A stretch of DNA of 62,169 nt, filler included, from Porpidia crustulata (Eukaryota): NCBI GenBank assembly GCA_964255105.1. It is 10 parts of 10 records of this genome, joined end to end, with 100 filler letters (N's around TTAATTAATTAA, not from the genome) between each part and the next. Parts side by side here need not be neighbours in the genome. Positions count along the whole stretch, not along the records: positions 1 to 6,150 come from CAXUWE010001623.1; positions 6,251 to 12,397 come from CAXUWE010001624.1; positions 12,498 to 18,641 come from CAXUWE010001625.1; 7 more parts are not named here. One strand, written 5' to 3'. Below, one piece after another: positions 1 to 12,986 of this stretch. Numbering within the stretch: the first letter of the stretch is position 1; each line of letters begins with the position of its first letter. The translations under genes and the position numbers were made by a program. A model generated the notes under the pieces. That model was not told the DNA's origin, ran no database searches, and saw nothing but the letters and a program-made list of their open reading frames with translations.

Positions 1-81
1 ACCTTGAGAGCAGCGCCGATTTCTCCACCACTCCCTCTATCAAAACATCTCCATGCTTTCCCGACCCATTCGATCTAGACA

Positions 82-2646
82 CTAACCAAACAAACTCCCA
101 GAGAGTTCCAAGAGCGGATCTTCCCACAACCACCCCGGGACACTGAATCCACATCCTCCACCAGTGCGTGTCGACGTCACTGATTTGATCCACAGATCTT
201 CGTCCATGATCTGTACTGGACCTTGCTCATTCATTAATCCCGCCAGCATGCAAACCAACAGGAAAACCGCAATATACAGCAGCGTCAGACCTGATGTCTT
301 ACGAAGTACATCCAAGGCTTGGGAAATGACGCGGGAAATGACGGACAGGAAGGCAGTGGGTCTTCCATAAAATATTGGCGTCGCTATTGTTATGACGCTG
401 GGCGCCATAGAAATCTCTTGGATTCCGGAGAGGCTCAAAAGATTGGATCGTGACCTTATCGAGACTGAATGTTCTTCGTCTGCGGGATTGTCCGTGGAAC
501 CTCCTGTCTTCGACACATTTTTCGTATCTTCGGTCTGCGTGCCCTTGGTTACGGTCGTGAAATGGTCGGTCTCTGTGTCTTGAGTGGCCGTTGCCATTTC
601 TATGGTCCGTATGCCCTCAGTCCTTATCGCCATAATTTCCGCCTCTAACGTCTGAGTCCCCACTGTCACGTCTTCAGTCTGTGATGCTTGAGAAACCATT
701 GCCGTATGTCCAGCCTCTGTGTCCCGCGTTGCCGTCATCATATCATCAGTCTGTGATGCCTGAGCGTTCGTCTCCACAGCTTTAGTCTGGCTACTCCTAT
801 CCTTCAGGATGCAATTGCTGTCCGGTTGTCTTTTTAGCATGGCATCGAGCACTTCTGACTCCTGTCCTAGAAATTTGGCGGCAATCTTCTGTCCCAATTC
901 AGAGTCTAAATGTTTCTCGTGGTCAACGTTCTCAAGGCTTTTGTGTAGAGTTGTGATGAATTTTCTTGGTATACGAAGCAGTTCAGATGCTATGATGACC
1001 AATCTGCCCGGATGGTTGTGTTGGTACCCTGTATTCTTCCTAAGGGTCTGTAAAATTGCTTTGGCTCTTACTGGCGATATGTCTAGGATCATCTCTAGAT
1101 CTTGCTGCTGTTTCTGATATCTCTCCCTTAGCCTGGTGGCAATTGGCAATGTCAGAGGACCAATTCCCAAACGGTCTCCGGAACCACCAGTAGCACCGAA
1201 TACTGGAGATGTCTGACCACTACTTGGCTCCGACAGCTGATCCATTTCATCATCCACGATTACCTCTGTGGTATTGACTGCCTCAGTAATACTTGTTGGC
1301 TCTTCAGTAGATATTGCCGCTGTAGCAGTATTTGACGGCATGATGCTTGCTGTCTTTGAACCACTTGTTGGCATTGTAGCATTTGCCGGCTTGGCATCAC
1401 TTGACGACTCTTGCCCATCTTCACTGTCCTCAGGATCAAGCTCTTCACCGTAAGCTTTCCTCCATGTCGTTCGGATCGACTCTTCGATGCTGCTTGACTG
1501 CTGGTATTTTGCTAACTCCTCGAATTGCAACCGGAACGCTGTCCGGTCTCTCTTGGATTCCGAGAACACAGTTTCAAGGTCGCCTTCTAGGTCCTCTATT
1601 TGTTCTTTCAAGTTGGTATTGTCATCACGAAGATCACTCATGACCTTGCTAAGCTTTTTGATCTGATCTTGCAGGCCATCTTTCATAAAGCTGAGCTTTT
1701 CGAGCTGATCTTTCGACTCCCTTAAGTCTTCCTGGGCGGCATCTTCAAGCCGATGCGTATTGCTTGACTTTAATTCTTGATACTTGCTCTGCAGCCTTCC
1801 AATTGTGGCCTCTGCCATCAATCGCGCAGATTTCTCCTCTTGCAGCATAGTCTGGCACTTTTGCTCCGCCGCCTGTGCGCATTCTTTCTCGGTCTTTTCA
1901 TTCTTCAGGGTTGAGTAAGCTTCTCTGAGAAAACTCTTGACCTTCATCAGCTCGTTGTCCAAAGCCCTGACTTGGCTATTGCCCTTGGCAATATCCGCTG
2001 TCAAGTTTTTGAGTTCGAGATCCTTCGCCGCCAGACTGCGTTCCTGCGTATTTGTGATTTTGGACCGTACGTCCCGCTCCTCTTCCATCTATTTGTTGTC
2101 TTAGAATCAGCTTGGTCCTGCTACGTAGTAACATTGGATTTGAGGCATCACGACAGAAAGATAATTGAGATGGATGCTCGACGTGCTCTCAATCCACGTT
2201 CAATCTGGAATCCGTACCTGTACCAGGGATTCACAGGCTTTTTGCGCCTCGCGCTCCAGGTCAGCGGTCTTACGACCGAGTTTTGCAGCGGTGTCGAGTA
2301 ACTCCTGGCGGTGCGTCAACACCATCCCCCGGATCTCGGCGCGTAGACTGTCGCGCTCATCTTCTACCGCCTTTAGCGCAAGAGCTTGGTCACCATTGAG
2401 ATTAGTAGTCAAGTCCTTGCCCAGGTTGAAGATAGGGCTGGGAGCGGGACCGGCCTCGATAACCGGATGATGCCCCGAAGGCACGGATTTCCGGTTGGGA
2501 AAGGGAACTTCTATGCCGAACTGGTGTGATCCAATAGGCGAGAAGTGGCCAAATTGCACTGGCGGCGCTGGCGCTGGCTTATTCGTAGGCAATTCGTCTA
2601 CTTGGGGGACGCCTGGGTCGGGGTCTTTGCTCTCCTGGCCTGCCAT
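82..2646 (-). CDS. Coiled-coil protein with 24-aa TQT/SQT repeats and a C-terminal transmembrane helix, unknown function; 2 exons (2646-2218, 2088-82)
   Basis: ORFs 2200..2724 and 82..2088 join in phase 0 through CAG|GTACGG (2217) and AAATAG|ATG (2089). Heptad-rich N-half; hydrophobic LTLLYIAVFLLVCMLAGLM near the C-terminus. Start placed at MAGQESK (inferred). Confidence 0.75.
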
Positions 2647-3397
2647 TCCTACCGCCTCGAGGCCGCTGATAGATAGAACGAAATAAATGGGAAAAAACGA
2701 ATGAAAAGAGGAAGACTCAGGCAAGCGTAGAAGAGCTGATTTGGCTGTAAAAGAGATTAGAGGTTTAGGGTCACAGAATTCGAAGCTTTGAGCAGAATTT
2801 AGGGTTGCGATACGAATTTGTAGATGGTAGGCGGAGGAAGTAGATGCAAGCAGAAAATTGTGTTCCCAATTGATCGTGTGGTGATCTTGACTGGTATGTC
2901 AACACATTTCAGTTTATTCACGTGGTTAGGCAGGTAAATCGATTCAATTTACGCCGCATGCGGCCTATGCATTGACAAAGGAACCTCGAGTACGTCTTTG
3001 ATACATTACAATAGGCTCTGATATTGTGGAATTCCAGTCCTTTATCAACATATGGGCTCTTGATGCTTTTTCCGACAAAGTATCTGGCCGTAAAGGTGTG
3101 ACAGAGTTTAGCTGCAGCGACTTCCGCATGACTCATCAGCCCTACGACCCGATAGAGCGTCCGCGTAAACTTTCCTTAGAGACAGCTAAGCAAACGCAGT
3201 CGCTGCTCAACTGCACGTTCTGCTGCACGCTGAGATGATTGACGAATCTCCCTACATGGAGTAAATCCACCTCAAACGACCGTGTGTATGCGAGCTAGTT
3301 TTTTGTAATAATTCTACTCCATACATATTATATATGCGTCGTAGCCAATAGTGTGTGATCCCCAGAATCACCGTTTTTTTATACACATGGCAGCGCC

Positions 3398-6150
3398 ATG
3401 TTCTCCCTCAATTCTCTTGTTCAGAAGGCCCAATCCCTAATTGATACCACTACTACACTCACGAAACTACCCGATCCAGATCCTTCAAAGGCTACCCTCT
3501 TCCGCCTTCAATTTCGCTTACCTGACTCCCAGACACCAATCCATGAAATAACTGCCGAACTATCCTTGTCTGCTCCACATGCCTCAAGCTCTGCTGCCCA
3601 GAACGTTGATAATGAAAGACAGAAGGCATTTGGGCGGGATAATACGTATGTTGGCAAATTGCACATGAGCGAGAGCTTCCTCTGCTTCTCCACACAGCCT
3701 ACGAGTTTCCAACCGAGCGCAAGCATCCAGGCGTCAAGCGGATTTACAGGTCAGACTCATGGCGCAGGGCCTGCAGGGAATGGCTTTACTTTACCACTTT
3801 GCGCAGTTCGGCGGGTCGAGAGACTGTACACAGATAACGGATTGTTCGCTTTGGCCATTACAACTTGGAACGGTGTCACCACCCCTTCCGGCCAGCTGGG
3901 AAGCTTACCCAGTGCCCAACGCTTTAAATTACAGCTTGCCGGTAGTCGACAGGCGTGTGAGAGATTTTGCGATGGCTTGAAAAAGGGATTAAGGGATGGG
4001 ATGAAGGAGGTTGAAAACTTGAAAGCAATTGTTCGCGAGTGCTATTCTGAATATTTGCTTTCTGGCAGCAACAAGGGAGAGAGGATTGAGGCCAAAGTTC
4101 TCAATGGCATCAAAGAGCCGCCAGACGCAGGTCTTGGTACAATATTTAGATATCCTGGCGATCCAAAGAAATTGCGAGATCGCAACAAAATGAGGTTATG
4201 GGGCGAATACCTAAGAGGTTAGCCGAGCGTCACGGCGAAGACAGTGCCAGCTAATCAGCAGCAGAGAATGGCCGAAATGCTACTCTCATCCGGCAACCTA
4301 CCTTCCACAAACTTATTCGAGTTGGCCTTCCCAATCGGCTTCGCGGCGAGATATGGGAGCTTACGTCGGGGTCGTTGTTCCTTCGTCTGCAGAAACCCAA
4401 GCTGTTAAAAGAGACACTTGCGAAGCACTCCGGAAAGGAGTCCTTGGCAATCGATGAGATTGAAAAGGACTTGAATCGAAGTTTACCCGAGTATCCTGGG
4501 TTTCAGAGCGAGGAGGGCATCGGACGCTTGCGTCGAGTTCTCACAGCTTATAGCTGGACCAACGAAGAGGTCGGCTACTGTCAAGCAATGAATATTGTTG
4601 TTGCAGCACTTCTCATGTGAGATTCAATTTCCCCAGCCATACCAGGCCTCAACTTACAATTGTAGATACATGTCCGAATCGCAAGCATTCTTCCTTTTAT
4701 CAGTCTTGTGTGACCGATTATTGCCTGGCTACTACTCCCAAACAATGTACGGAACTCTCTTGGATCAGCGCGTATTTGAGTCACTAGTGGAGAAAACCAT
4801 GCCAATATTATGGGATCATCTAGTCAAGTCAGATGTCCAACTATCTGTAGTCTCCCTGCCTTGGTTCCTTTCGTTGTACATTAATTCTTTGCCACTCGTA
4901 TTTGCTTTTCGGGTCCTAGATGTCTTCTTTCTAGAAGGACCAAAGGTGCTTTTCCAAGTCGGTCTAGCCATTCTACGCATCAACGGTGAAGAGCTTCTCG
5001 ACATTACAGACGACGGTACATTTATCTCTATACTCAAGACCTATTTTTCGCGTTTAGACGAATCGGCACATCCGAAATCCGAGAATGAGAAGCTACGCGC
5101 TGTAACGAAATTCCAAGAATTAATGGTCGTTGCATTCAAAGAATTTTCAGGCATTACACAGGCTACAATATCAGAGCAAAGGACAAAGCACAGAGATGCC
5201 GTACTTGACAATATTGAGAGCTTTGCAAAGAGAACTTCAATACGAAACCTGGGTCCAGACAGCAAGCGTCTAAGTGTTGACGACCTAGGCTTTCTCTACG
5301 ATAGATTCTACAACATCTTGTACGAGCGAGAGCAGCGAATGCAGATGCTACGAGAGGAGAGCGAGAAACGAGCCAAAGCAAGCAGAATAAAAGCAACCGA
5401 ACTCGTCGCTGGTGTTGCTGGCAATTCTAGTATCGAAATCGGAAGAGTTGGCCTTGGGCCAAGCCCTACACTCATGAATTACGATGGCTTTCGAGAATTT
5501 CTCGCTGGTATAACTCGATGGGCAGTTGGAGATGCTCCAATATCCACGCAAAATAATCATATGTTGGAGAAGGACGGCAACTCGATTTTCGGAACCAGCG
5601 TAAGAAACCGCAGCTTTTCCCTCTCTCCTTGGGGTGCAGGCAACGCCGAGCCCGCCGATCATGACTTCATGCAACGGCTCTACGGGAAGTGGAACAAAGG
5701 CGACAATGACGGTCTTAGCCTTCAAGACGTTGTATCCGGTCTAGCCCATGTTAAGGGAACGAGAGATATCATGGCTAGCATAAGCTATTTCTTCGAACTT
5801 TACGATGACGACCGAGACGGTAAAGTGGACCGTGAGGGAATCTTGCGCATCTCGGAAGCCCTTCTTTTCCTCACACGGCGAGGTCTAGGAGACAATTTAA
5901 CCCCTTCGCCGTCGTTCAACAATCTTGAGCAAAACAATGACCTTGATCTGAAGAACCCCAACACCAACGAACGCTTCCTCAGCAGCGTCAGCGCTTTTAT
6001 TCGTCGCTGTTTCGAATACGCGGACCCGGACCATCCGCAGAATCAATCCGCCAAATCCGCTCAAGACGCGGAATCCGAAGCAGCAGCCGGGATGAATAGC
6101 TTTGCTGTTGGAGACTCTTCCGACAACGACGAAGAAGACCTCGTCGACTT
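3398..6150 (+). CDS. GYP2: GRAM/TBC-domain Rab GTPase-activating protein (Gyp2/Mdr1-like) with EF-hand; 3'-truncated by contig end
   Basis: TBC motifs IEKDLNRS and YCQAMN; EF-hand-like [12 protein letters not shown]. Introns 4218-4264 and 4617-4665 restore LRENGRN and ALLIYMSE. Confidence 0.88.
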
Positions 6151-6250
6151 NNNNNNNNNNNNNNNNNNNNNNNNNNNNNNNNNNNNNNNNNNNNTTAATT
6201 AATTAANNNNNNNNNNNNNNNNNNNNNNNNNNNNNNNNNNNNNNNNNNNN
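6151..6250. other. Artificial contig linker
   Basis: N44-TTAATTAATTAA-N44, giving stops in all six frames. Confidence 0.98.
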
Positions 6251-6764
6251 GGAGGGTCCGGTATGCGCGGGGTGGGGGCTAGGGGGGGGATAGGTTGGGC
6301 TGGATGGGGTGGGAGATGCGGAATTTGAGGGGTTGGGTTTGGGAGATGGCATGGCGTGGAGTGGTGATTGTTTACCCCAGACTGGTTGGTGGGTATTATA
6401 ATTGACAGTTTGGTAACCAGTCATGCATCAAAGGCTGTCGAACAAGCACACAAATATTGGTGCATAAGCGCGCCGGATTTTCGAAAGATGTGCGAGAGAC
6501 GTAGATGACATCGTTTGTAATACTCTACCGCTTTACATACCATCGGACCTACTCCCTCTTCGGAAACGAAACGGCGCCGGGGAGACAAAATAGCTTACAG
6601 AAGGGAAATTGAAAAGCTTCGAGGTACAAAAAGTGGTGCCGGGTTATACATTGCAATGGAACATGACGCCGCTCTTTGATCTCATGGCCAAATGCCATAG
6701 CATGCCGTAACTGCCTGCGTTGGGCATTTTGGTAGATCAAAACAGTACCACGAGAGGGAAGGAA

Positions 6765-7997
6765 TCACGATGCAGAAGGGGATGGTGCCGGGCTGTGCCT
6801 AACATCCCTATCGTAGACGGCCTTGACCTCCTGCTCATAGCGGGCCATGTCTTGGGCTGCCATGTCGTTGTATTTCTGCATATACAAGACTGATTAGGAT
6901 ACCTAACACACACTGGGAAAGGATTAGGAGGGAATTGACTGACCTTATGCCCATCTGCCGACAAGGCCTTCCACTCGGCTCCGATCAAACGGAGCGTCTC
7001 AACGGAGTTAATACCGCGGTAATCGCCCGAGTTGCGGCGGTCGACGCAGAAGTAAAGGTACGCAGTCATCGCACGCTTGACCTGTCTGTCGTCTTTCAAT
7101 AATTGCATTCTCGGAAGCTTAGTGCGCTTCCTCAGCTGGATTCGCGCTAGGTTGGCTTCGCGGATTTGGCTAGGGGTGTACGATTCGAGCCATTTGCGGT
7201 AGACGGCGCTGTATTTGGCCCTGTTCTCATTGGCGATGTGGTTATAATGCTGTCAGGCGTTATTAGCCTCCGCAGGGGTTCTTTCAGTAATCTCCTCATA
7301 CCTCGAGTTGGTCAGAGGTGAGACTCCTGTACTTCGTCGAGGCTGCCTTTGTGGCACTTAGGCCTCCAGCACCTGACTTGTTCGCCGGGTCTTGGAAACA
7401 CTCATAATTCACGACCGCCCAAGCTGACGAAGGCAATTCCGTGGGAGGTTTCAGAGCCAATGCCTTTAAGTTCCGAACACCAAGTCTCGCTTTTGTTGCA
7501 GCTACTTTGGCCTTTTGTTCATCTGTCAAGACCTTACGTTTTGGTTTCGGTTTAGGCTTGGCCGCCGCTTTCTTGGGTTTGCGTCGCGGCTTTGCCTTGA
7601 CCTTGGTCGCTCTTTTGACGGGTCTCTTTTTCGCTGCTGGTTTCTTAGCCGCCGGCTTTTTCGTCACTGCTTTTTTGGCCGCCGGTTGTTTGGTCGCCGC
7701 AGGCTTTTTAGCTGTTACAGTCTTCGGGGCTGCCTTCTTTCTCGGAGTAGTCGTAGTTCTTCCGGTGTGAGCTTTGGGTCTGGATACAGGCTTATCTGTT
7801 GCGTAGGTACGACGAGCAACTGATATGATTGAGCTGCTGCCATATTTGCTATCTGAATCTTGTCGTGCGAGGCTGGTGCTGTAAAAGGCTAGTACGCGTT
7901 CGAAGCTCCAAGGATTCAGGGCAACACGGCGATTCTCTGAACATGGTACCGTGATTTGAGTCAGCCGAGCAAACGCTCGACCTCCTCGTAGAATCAT
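6765..7997 (-). CDS. HMG-box protein, probably mitochondrial nucleoid type (HmgB/mtHMG1-like); 3 exons
   Basis: Arg/Ser-rich N-terminus ending RRTYAT resembles a presequence; K/A/P-rich H1-like tract; HMG box KRAMTAYLYF...GAEWKALS...KYNDMAAQD. Introns 7301-7250 and 6943-6876. Confidence 0.8.
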
Positions 7998-8406
7998 TAT
8001 CCTTGACGCCTTTATTGTCGATTCGAGTTCATATTGCAATGGATGGTTGACATTGGTCTTTCAGTCGCGTATTGTGTATGCAGGAAAGGCTGGGAACTTA
8101 GTGCTGAACTGCAGCTCAATCGAGCTTAGCGTGGTTTCCGAGGGCTCTCAGGTCACAAACGGAACTTGCCGTTTCCATGGGCTCTGCTACTTCATACTTT
8201 CATCAAGATCACAGCCATTCACTCGAGATTACAGTGCATGACTACTTGCAATTGTTCATAACTATCATATTTCCAAATACGCTGCGCCGGCATTTATCTC
8301 AAGGTTCGACACAGGTCGGCTTTTTACAACACTGTATGAGCTGCCGGGCGACAGTGACTATCGTTCAGTAGATTTGAAGTACACTCACTGATCTAGCCGG
8401 AATCTT

Positions 8407-11400
8407 ATGGCTCGGCACGGGGATGCTCGCTCACCATCGCCTGTAGGCAGCTCCTACTCTTCAAAACGATCTCGACGTGATGACGATCGTTACGAAAAAA
8501 ACCGGCGGGAAGATGGGCGGAACCATCGTAACAGGAGCCGAACGAGAAGTCCAGAAGTATGTAACCGAAGTTTCAGCTATCAAGACTGTACGCTGACACA
8601 AATACCCATAGCGTAAGTATCGAGACCGTGATTCTCGTCACAACCGAGATCGCTCGCGGGACCGCCGAGAGGATGATCTATACCGGTCGAGTCGAAGAGA
8701 TAGATCTCGAGATAGGCGAAGATCGCGGGACAGAGATGTAGTGAAGGACTATCGACGAAGAAGCCGCGAACGAGATCCTAGAGAGAGGCGAGATGATTCC
8801 AGAGATCGAGCTCGAAGACGACGAGATGACTCTGCTGATTCTAGGAGAAATAGGCGAAGAGATGATAGTAGAGACAGACCTCAAAAGAAGTCGTCAGGGC
8901 CGGGTTTATCTAGTTTAGAAGTCAGTTCTAAACATTACTATCATTGGTCACTAAGCTAAACACAAACTTCAACAGCTACCGAAGAAACCACCTCCCCCAA
9001 TACAAACCGACGAGGAGAAAAAAGCTGAGCGATTAGCCAAATTAGAGGCATGGAAGCAAAAGCAGGCTGCAGAGCGAGATCGTAAGAACAAGGAATTGGA
9101 AGGGGCCGCTGGGACTAGAAGTCTGCTCGACGAAATAGATAAAAAGGCACAAGGCTCCCCCGCTCAGGCGTCACCAACCCCGGGCTCTCCAATATTACCC
9201 ATCACGCCAAACGATGATGCATCTCCAACTCCTTATGCAGGCAAATTTGATCCTAAAGCTATTGCGAAGAAGGCGGCAAGTAGCTCTGCAGGGACGGCGA
9301 AACTTGGGACAGACGTTGCCTTGCCAGATATTGCTAAAGCGTCCGCTACCTTGAACTCCAACACTGCTGGACTGAGGGCTAACAAGACAGCAGCCGTAGA
9401 AAATGGAGTCCAATGTAAGTTCTAGTTTCAAACGACGACTACTTTTTGCTTATTCTCAATATAGCAACCGCCCCTGCAGCGCCTTTGAAGGCCAAGGGCA
9501 ACGTGAGCGGCTTCGGTTTATCTACCAAAGCTGCACCGGATGCCGATAAGCCGTCAACCAAACGCGGCCTTGATTTTGGTGATGAGGAGGGAGCACGAAA
9601 GAAATTAGAAAAGCTGCCAACCCCTCCCCTAGAAGATACAAAGCTTGATGATACTGCTATGACTAACGGCGATCAAGAAGAGGACGATGATGACGATGCG
9701 GACATGCAGGATGCCGGCACGGAAGAAGAAGCTGCTGCGGCTGCCAGGGCCGCCGCTGAAAAGCGTGAGGAGCGCTTGCAGACACAGAGCCTAGCGTACC
9801 AAGCCGGCGAAGAATCTACTGCGGCTGTCGTTGAAAAATCTGAGGGAGAGAACGACGTAGCCATGGTAGACGCTCCAGACCAAACTATACCAGAAGTAGA
9901 GGCGATAGTTGTGGAAGAGGAGGCCGATCCTCTCGATGCCTTTATGAACGGATTAGGTGATCCCATAAAAGCTCCCATAGTCACTAACGGAATCAAGATT
10001 TCCAGACGCAAAATTCAACAACCACAAGCATTATTCGGCGGTGACGACGATGTGGATCTTGATGCTGTAACTGCAGATACTGAAGATATACTTGCCATGG
10101 CAAGTAAGAGAAAGAAAAAGGATCTGCCGACCGTGAACCACGCAAAGATGAATTACCAACCATTCAGAAAAAGCTTTTATCATGAACCATCCGAATTAAT
10201 TGAGATGACGGACGAAGAAGTTGCAGACCTGAGACTTGAACTCGATGGCATCAAAATTCGGGGTTTAGACGCCCCCAAGCCGGTGCAGAAATGGTCTCAA
10301 TGTGGACTTGGATCACAAACACTTGATGTTATCCAGAAATTGGGCTATGAAAGACCTACCTCAATTCAAACGCAAGCCGTTCCATCCATCATGTCAGGAC
10401 GTGATGTTATTGGCGTTGCAAAAACGGGTTCCGGCAAAACCATAGCATTCCTACTGCCAATGTTCAGACATATCAAGGACCAAAGGCCAATTGACACTTT
10501 AGACGGCCCGGTGGGCTTGGTAATGACTCCGACTCGTGAACTAGCAACCCAAATACACAAGGAGTGCAAACCTTTCCTCAAGGCCCTTAATCTTCGCGCT
10601 GTTTGTGCTTATGGGGGAGCTCCAATTAAGGATCAGATCGCAGATCTCAAGCGAGGAGCCGAAATCATTGTGTGTACCCCTGGTCGCATGATCGATTTGC
10701 TAGCAGCGAATTCGGGAAGAGTCACTAATCTTCGTCGAGTTACGTACGTTGTTCTCGACGAGGCTGATCGCATGTTTGACATGGGGTTTGAGCCACAAGT
10801 CATGAAAATCCTGGCAAATATTCGACCTGACAAACAGACGGTACTATTCTCTGCCACGTTCCCACGCCAGATGGAGTCCCTTGCTCGTAAGACGCTTGTA
10901 AAGCCAGTAGAGATTGTTGTAGGAGGCAGAAGTGTTGTTGCTCCAGAGATTACTCAGATTGTCGAGGTGCGCTCTGAGGAGACGAAATTTATCCGGTTAC
11001 TAGAATTGCTAGGTAATATGTATCATGAAGAGAAAAATGAGGATGATCGGGCGCTTATATTTGTGGATCGCCAAGAATCTGCAGACGGGTTACTGAAGGA
11101 TCTAATGCGAAAAGGATACCCATGCATGTCGATACATGGCGGCAAGGATCAGATCGATCGTGATTCAACTATTGATGACTTCAAGGCTGGAGTTATTCCC
11201 ATAATGATTGCGACTTCTGTCGCCGCCCGCGGTCTAGACGTCAAGCAATTGAAATTGGTGGTCAATTATGATGCCCCTAATCATCTCGAGGACTACGTTC
11301 ACCGCGCTGGTCGTACGGGGCGTGCAGGTAACACTGGCACGGCGGTTACATTCGTCACTCCTGATCAAGAACGGTACTCGCTTGACATTGCCAAAGCCTT

Positions 11401-12249
11401 GAGACAGAGCGGTCAGGAAGTTCCCGAAGAGCTACAAAAGCTGGTTGACCTGTTCATTGAAAAAGTCAAAGCTGGAAAAGAGAAAGTGAGTGGTTCGGGC
11501 TTTGGGGGTAAAGGTCTTGAGCGTCTGGATCAAGAACGCGATGCAGCCCGTGCCCGAGAGCGGAAGACCCACAAAACTGGTGACGGCGACGAGGAGGATG
11601 AAAAGGAAGATGATAAGAAGGATGCTGGGGAGGATCTCATCGCCAAAGCCGCCTCTGTTGTACAATCTGCTTCGGCACCTGCCCCTGTTTCTCTGCCAGG
11701 CGTACCCAAAGGCATCGATCTGGATGGTAAAATTACTGTGCATAGAACCGAGGCTCCTTCGGGTGGCTCTGCAAATCCTCTGGCCAAGGTTGGACAAGCC
11801 GTTGCCAACATTCACGACCGACTCAGCAAGAACCGAGAATTACGCACTGGGGTTCCAATTGACAACAAAGGCCCTGATGCCGGTGCTTTCCATGCTACCC
11901 TGGAGATTAACGACTTCCCTCGTAAGTCTTTTACCTCTCAAAATGTAATACGGAATATACTAATCTCTTTACAGAAAAAGCACGCTGGGCAGTCACCAAC
12001 CGAACAAACGTCGCCAAGATCCTCGAAGCGACCGGAACCTCCATCACCACAAAGGGAAGTTTCTACGCCACCGGCAAAGAGCCTCAAGCCGGCGAGAACC
12101 CGAAGCTGTATATCCTAGTGGAGGGCGACACGGAGGTTGTGGTCACTAACGCAATGAGGGAGCTCATGAGGCTTCTCAAAGAGGGTACCATTGCTGCGGC
12201 GGACAGCGACGCCAGAGCGCCGGCCAGTGGTCGGTATAACGTCGTGTAG
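8407..12249 (+). CDS. PRP5: Pre-mRNA-processing DEAD-box RNA helicase Prp5 (DDX46)
   Basis: RD/RS-rich N-terminus, DPLDAFM motif, [24 protein letters not shown]-terminal INDFPQKARW. Introns 8557-8611, about 8921-8975, about 9415-9463 and 11922-11974. Confidence 0.95.
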
Positions 12250-12397
12250 TCGCGAAGTGGAATCTCGGATTATCTTTTAAGTAGCAACCTCCAGTATTGA
12301 CAACCACGTGATCCAATACATGCAACCCAAGATCCCATCCCCCCTACGGGGCCCTGCGCAATATCAAATATCAAATCACCCACATATAAACACCCCC

Positions 12398-12497
12398 NNN
12401 NNNNNNNNNNNNNNNNNNNNNNNNNNNNNNNNNNNNNNNNNTTAATTAATTAANNNNNNNNNNNNNNNNNNNNNNNNNNNNNNNNNNNNNNNNNNNN
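12398..12497. other. Artificial contig linker
   Basis: N44-TTAATTAATTAA-N44. Confidence 0.98.
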
Positions 12498-12751
12498 CCC
12501 CCCTCCCTCTTCGCATACTCCTCCTCCATACTCTCCTCGTACAGCTTATCCGCCGCCGCCTCCACCTCGCTCTTTGTGTGCTGCGCCGCCGAGCTCCCCC
12601 TGTCCGCAGCGCCGTTCGTGGCAGATGTCGCGGACGAAGCGGCTTGGCTGACGGCTGAATCGGAGGACGCAGAGGTTTCGGAGATTGGAGCAGGCAGCTT
12701 GGAGGAGTTGGAGGGTTTCTCGTGGCTGGTCATGGGGGTGGGGAGGGACAT
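12498..12751 (-). CDS. Small protein (~86 aa) ending YEESMEEEYAKREGG, stop codon lost at contig end
   Basis: ATG-started ORF with a disordered N-part and an acidic C-terminal helix; the EEEYAKREGG motif is recalled from uncharacterised small proteins of filamentous fungi. Confidence 0.7.
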
Positions 12752-12986
12752 GGTGGATGTTGCAGGTTGGTTGGTGTATGTGGGTGAGAGGAATTGGGTG
12801 TGATGTGTCGTTGCAAGAGTATTGACTTTAAAGGTATGGGAAGATTACTTGATTGCGCCTGGATTTCGATATGCGTCATAACGGGCGAAGAGATGTCATC
12901 CCGCGGCGGAACGCTTCCGCTTGCAGGTCCATTCGGCGCCGAGGTCACTCCGCTTCTTCGTCTCATTGCCCATGCCTAGCAATTCC

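Noticed and set aside
6195..6206. TTAATTAATTAA recurring about every 6.2 kb as a biological periodic repeat
   Set aside because: Always embedded in N44 padding; a synthetic six-frame stop linker
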